64,000 bases of DNA from NCBI GenBank assembly GCA_963796055.1, contig CAWCKH010000001.1, positions 96,001 to 160,000 of the forward strand, in the 5' to 3' direction. A model generated the notes under the pieces. That model was not told where the DNA came from. It did not search any database and saw nothing but the letters and a program-made list of their open reading frames with translations. Positions 60,562 to 64,000 of this stretch are shown here, in pieces. Numbering within the stretch: the stretch's first letter is position 1; each line of letters starts with the position of its first letter. This stretch comes from an uncultured delta proteobacterium. GTDB taxonomy: Bacteria; Myxococcota; Myxococcia; Myxococcales; Myxococcaceae. A program made the position numbers and the translations under genes.

Positions 60562-62290
60562 CTAGAAAACCAGGTGCCGGCCCTTCTGCCGGCGGGTGTA
60601 GATGCTGAGCGTGGCCGTCACCTCGCCGACGCCCATGTTCCCGGAGTCGCCGATGCCGGAGGCGCCGAACTCCTCCCACTCCAGCGCCGAGTCGGTGCCG
60701 TCGTTCTCCTTCAGCATCCCGCCGATGGTGCGCCGGGCGAGCTGGAGCTTCCGGTCGTCCCGGGTCCAGACGCTGGTTGCGAGAATCATGGCTGTTCTCG
60801 AAGAGGCAGAAGCGCACGTAGGACGTGAAGTCCGGCAGCTCCATCCCCACCAGGATGGGCATGAAGAACTCGGTCGTCGCCAGGCGGACCTCCTGCATCC
60901 CCTTGCCGTCCCAGTTCACCCGCACCGTGCTCTCCGGGCGGATCTTGAGGAGGGCCGGCTTCACCGCCTCGGAGTTCTGCCCGTAGGCGCCGTCGGCCCG
61001 GCCGCCCTCCCGGATGACCGTCACCCCCGGCGTCTTCCTCGCCTCGGCGACGATGTCCACCAGGGTCTGGGCCTTGTGGACCATCAGCGGGCTCAGGACC
61101 TTGTCGTCGGTGGCCTCGCGGGGGTCGGCCACCCGCCAGCTGTTCATCTCCTCGTTGATGAACCCGAGCAGGGTGTCCAGCGTCTTGCCCGAGGCGGCGA
61201 TGCCGTGGAGCGAGGTGCACTTGTGCGCCCCGAAGCCGCAGACGGAGTAGGCGAGCCGGACGGCGATCTTCCGCAGCTCCTCGGCGCTGTAGCCGTCGTC
61301 GACGTAGCACCAGTTGCAGCCGCCGCCCTCGAACCGCAGGCGGTTCAGCCCGCGGCCCTGCTGGATCTTGCTCGCCGTCTCCGAGGAACCGGTCACCGCC
61401 ACCACCGTCACCCGCTTGTCGGTGGCCAGCGAGGCGATGCCCTTGCCGAAGCCCTGAATACCTTGGACGTACGCCGGGTCGGCGCCGGCGGCGATCATCA
61501 TCCGGATCATCGTGGTGTTGCTGATCGCCGCGTAGGGGTGGCCCTTGAAGATGAACGGCACGCCGGCCAGGTACGCCCCCACCAGGTGGATGCCGGGGAT
61601 GCCCCAGATGAAGTTCATCGGGCTGATGATCACCGACACCCCGGCCGGCACCCACGGGTTGCGCCAGTAGCTGTGGCCGGGGAGCATGGGCGGGAGCAGC
61701 TCGCCCTGCAGCGCCGCCTCGGCCGACCCCTCCAGGTGGTCCGCGGCCCGCTTGGCCTCGAAGAAGTCCTTCTGCGCCTCGAGCCGGGTCTTGGGGATCT
61801 GCTGGCGGATCTCCCGCATGCAGTCCTCGCTGAAGTAGTCCATCATCCGGCTGAAGTTCTTGAGGACCGTCTTGCGGTAGGTGAAGACGTCGTCCGCCCA
61901 GGACAGCGACTTCCAGGTGCGGTCGGCGGCGGCCACCGCGCGGTCGACGTCCTCCTCGGTCGAGGCGGGCACCTCCATCAGGGGGATGCGCCTGTCGGCG
62001 TGGTTCCGGAGGAGGGCCAGCTCCCCCTTGGCCGGAAGCCGCCACTCGCCATCGATGAAGTTGGTGACCCGGACCGGGGCGTCGGTGCTCCGCTGGGGCA
62101 GCTCGCGGTAGCAGAAGAGGTACGGCTTGAGGAGCTCCAGCTCCTTGTCGGTGAGGAGGTTGGTGAAGAGCCCGTGCGCCTTGCGCCGCTCGGCGAAGAC
62201 CGCGGCCAGCGGGTCCTTCCCCAGCTGCCCGCGGGCGTTGAACGACTGGATCTCCTCGGCGAGACGGGGGAAGCCAGAGAGCGTGGACAT
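60562..62290 (-). CDS. Aldehyde dehydrogenase family protein, frameshifted near the C-terminus
   Basis: NFIDGEW, ISPMNF, VTGS, FEGGG (Glu), HKCTS (Cys), EFFMP; C-terminus LATSVWT...EFGASG in ORF 60562..60789; removing one A at 60784-60785 restores HDLATSVW. Confidence 0.85.
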
Positions 62291-62351
62291 GGTGACTGCG
62301 CTCTAGCGCCGCCCGCGCCGGCCTTCAACCCACGCCGCCGCGCTCACTTTG

Positions 62352-62630
62352 CTGACTGCGGCCGCCCTGACCTCGCCGACTGCAGCCCGCCGGACGTCAC
62401 CCTGACGCGGACCTCGACTGCGGCCGCCCTGACCGATCTGACTGCGGCCGCCCTGACCTCGCCGACTGCAGCCCGCCGGACGTCACCCTGACGCGGACCT
62501 CGACTGCGGCCGCCCTGACCGATCTGACTGCGGCCGCCCTGACCTCGCCGACTGCAGCCCGCCGGACGTCACCCTGACGCGGACCTCGACTGCGGCCGCC
62601 CTGACCGATCTGACTGCGGCCGCCCTGACC
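62352..62630. repeat. Perfect 86-bp tandem repeat, 3 full copies plus 21 bp
   Basis: Identical units at 62352-62437, 62438-62523 and 62524-62609, partial at 62610-62630; the 19-mer GACTGCGGCCGCCCTGACC occurs 7 times. Confidence 0.95.
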
Positions 62631-64000
62631 TAGACAGGCTCGGGAAACTCGCGGGGCCGGGTGCCGAACCGCGTCCGGATGGTGGCGCCCAGGGAGATGA
62701 AGACGCCGGCCGCCAGGACCAGCTTGCCGAGCACCGGGATGAGCTGGAGGATCAGCAGGACCAGGATGCCCAGGGCCAGCACCGCGGCCTGGGTCTTCCG
62801 GCTGCTGCGGAGCACCGGCAGCCGGGTCCCCACCTCGGAGGCGAGCGCCGAGTAGCCCATGGCGATGCCCACCGCGGTCATTACGATCAGCACCAGGGTG
62901 AAGGGGATGCCGATGACGATGATGGTGAGCAGCACTGCCAGAGCGGAGATGGCCAGCGCGCCGAGCAGGCCGGTGAGGGCGCAGCGGAGCGGGTCCCGTC
63001 GGATCTCCGACTCCAGCTGCTTCATCGGCCTGGGGGCGAACATGATGAAGACGAAGCCCAGGGCGAAGTAGACCGCGAACTGGATCAGCAGCCAGAAGAT
63101 GGACGACCCCGAGTGCTTCTCGGACGCGTGGGCCTTCTTGTCGCTCGTGCCGATTGCTCCCACTCCGCCGGACCTTCCGCCGAAGGAGAGCGTCTGGCCG
63201 TGGACCTTCGCCCCCGGCTCGCGCTCGATGCTGCCGCCGAACGCCACCGCGTCGCCGCCCACCACCGCGTGGGGACCGAGGTGCACGTTTCCTCCGAAGG
63301 AAACGGCGTCGTTCCGCACGTGGCCCTTGATGAGGAGACTGCCGCCGTAGGCCACGGCGTCGTCGACCTCCTGGTCCTCCTCGACCCTGACGTTGCCCGT
63401 GCCCACCGTCTGCCGGTCCGAGCCACCGGCGCGGGGGTGAAACTTGAGCATGTCCTTCAGGTCCTTGAGGTCCTTGAGGTCACGCAGATCCTTGAGCGGC
63501 CCGAGCTTGTCCTGGAGGTCCGAGGGCGGGGTGGCGTTCTCCGCCTCGGCGTCCTCGTCCTGGTCCTCCTGGTCGGCCTCATCCTCCTCGTCGCCGTCCT
63601 CGTCGGCGCTGGCCGAGGGGTGCCCGGGGTGGCTGCTGCCAATCCTGGGCATCGAGGGCATGGGTGGCACCGGGGGGAGGGGCGGGACTGGGGGAATCGG
63701 CGCCACCAGCTTCGGCGGCGGCGAGCCTTCCTGGTGGGGCCGCAGGGTATAGATGTTGCCCCGCTTCTCGAGCGAGAGGCTGTAGGCGCGGGCGAGCGTC
63801 TCCAGCGCCTCGTCGGCGGGGACGTTCTGGAAAAAGACCTCGGCGTCCTCGTCCAGGTCGCCCCGGACCACGACGCTCAGCTTGCCCTCGCTGGCGATGC
63901 GCTCGGCGACCTCGCGCAGCGACCCGTGGGTCTTGAGGGTGATGCGGGCCGCCGGTTCCCGGGAGGGGGTGCCCGGGGGAGCTCCAGCGAGTGCGAGGAG
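62630..64000 (-). CDS. Membrane protein with STN-like N-terminus, bactofilin-like beta-helix repeats and C-terminal TM bundle; 5'-truncated
   Basis: GSLREV..RIA..GKLSVVVRGDL; DAVAYGG/DAVSFGG/DAVAFGG repeats; several TM helices; the frame stays open to the window end. Confidence 0.7.
   Translation of the reverse strand, partial: LLALAGAPPGTPSREPAARITLKTHGSLREVAERIASEGKLSVVVRGDLDEDAEVFFQNVPADEALETLARAYSLSLEKRGNIYTLRPHQEGSPPPKLVAPIPPVPPLPPVPPMPSMPRIGSSHPGHPSASADEDGDEEDEADQEDQDEDAEAENATPPSDLQDKLGPLKDLRDLKDLKDLKDMLKFHPRAGGSDRQTVGTGNVRVEEDQEVDDAVAYGGSLLIKGHVRNDAVSFGGNVHLGPHAVVGGDAVAFGGSIEREPGAKVHGQTLSFGGRSGGVGAIGTSDKKAHASEKHSGSSIFWLLIQFAVYFALGFVFIMFAPRPMKQLESEIRRDPLRCALTGLLGALAISALAVLLTIIVIGIPFTLVLIVMTAVGIAMGYSALASEVGTRLPVLRSSRKTQAAVLALGILVLLILQLIPVLGKLVLAAGVFISLGATIRTRFGTRPREFPEPV

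Noticed and set aside
62352..62630. CRISPR array
   Set aside because: The linkers between the 19-mers are identical copies alternating 43 and 5 bp rather than unique spacers, and no cas genes are present

Overview
Very GC-rich chromosomal window from a myxobacterium (Myxococcota). The Lon protease closely resembles myxococcal LonD/BsgA, and the ribosomal proteins carry myxococcal-style extensions. 1-16.8 kb: the end of a GGDEF gene, then a nearly complete S10-spc-alpha ribosomal protein supercluster (rpsJ to rplQ, with secY, adk, map, infA, rpmJ and rpoA). The cluster lacks rplC, and no tuf precedes it. 16.8-31.4 kb: housekeeping and envelope genes (DUF2314-like, psuG, S9 peptidase, Slt transglycosylase, CAP protein, dciA-like, acyltransferase, epimerase, mutL, TPR protein). 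31.4-38.1 kb: a translationally coupled signalling operon (Ser/Thr kinase, TPR protein, FHA-GAF sigma54 activator, two lipoproteins). 38.4-54.5 kb: lon, a vWA lipoprotein, a decayed hydrolase, and a split SOS mutagenesis cassette. imuA-imuB and dnaE2 lie 6 kb apart, each with its own Myxococcus-type LexA box. Between them is a module of an atypical LuxR regulator and two cytoplasmic HtrA-like proteins, one lacking its catalytic Ser. 54.5-64 kb: a membrane protein, a thioesterase, a porin gene remnant, an aldehyde dehydrogenase plus flavin/Fe-S amino-acid dehydrogenase operon with a relocated BFD-like domain, a perfect 86-bp tandem repeat, and a truncated membrane protein. Four otherwise intact genes carry single frameshifts, two in homopolymer runs, which may be assembly errors. 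I saw no rRNA, tRNA, CRISPR array or mobile element. All calls come from motif recognition; no database search was run.
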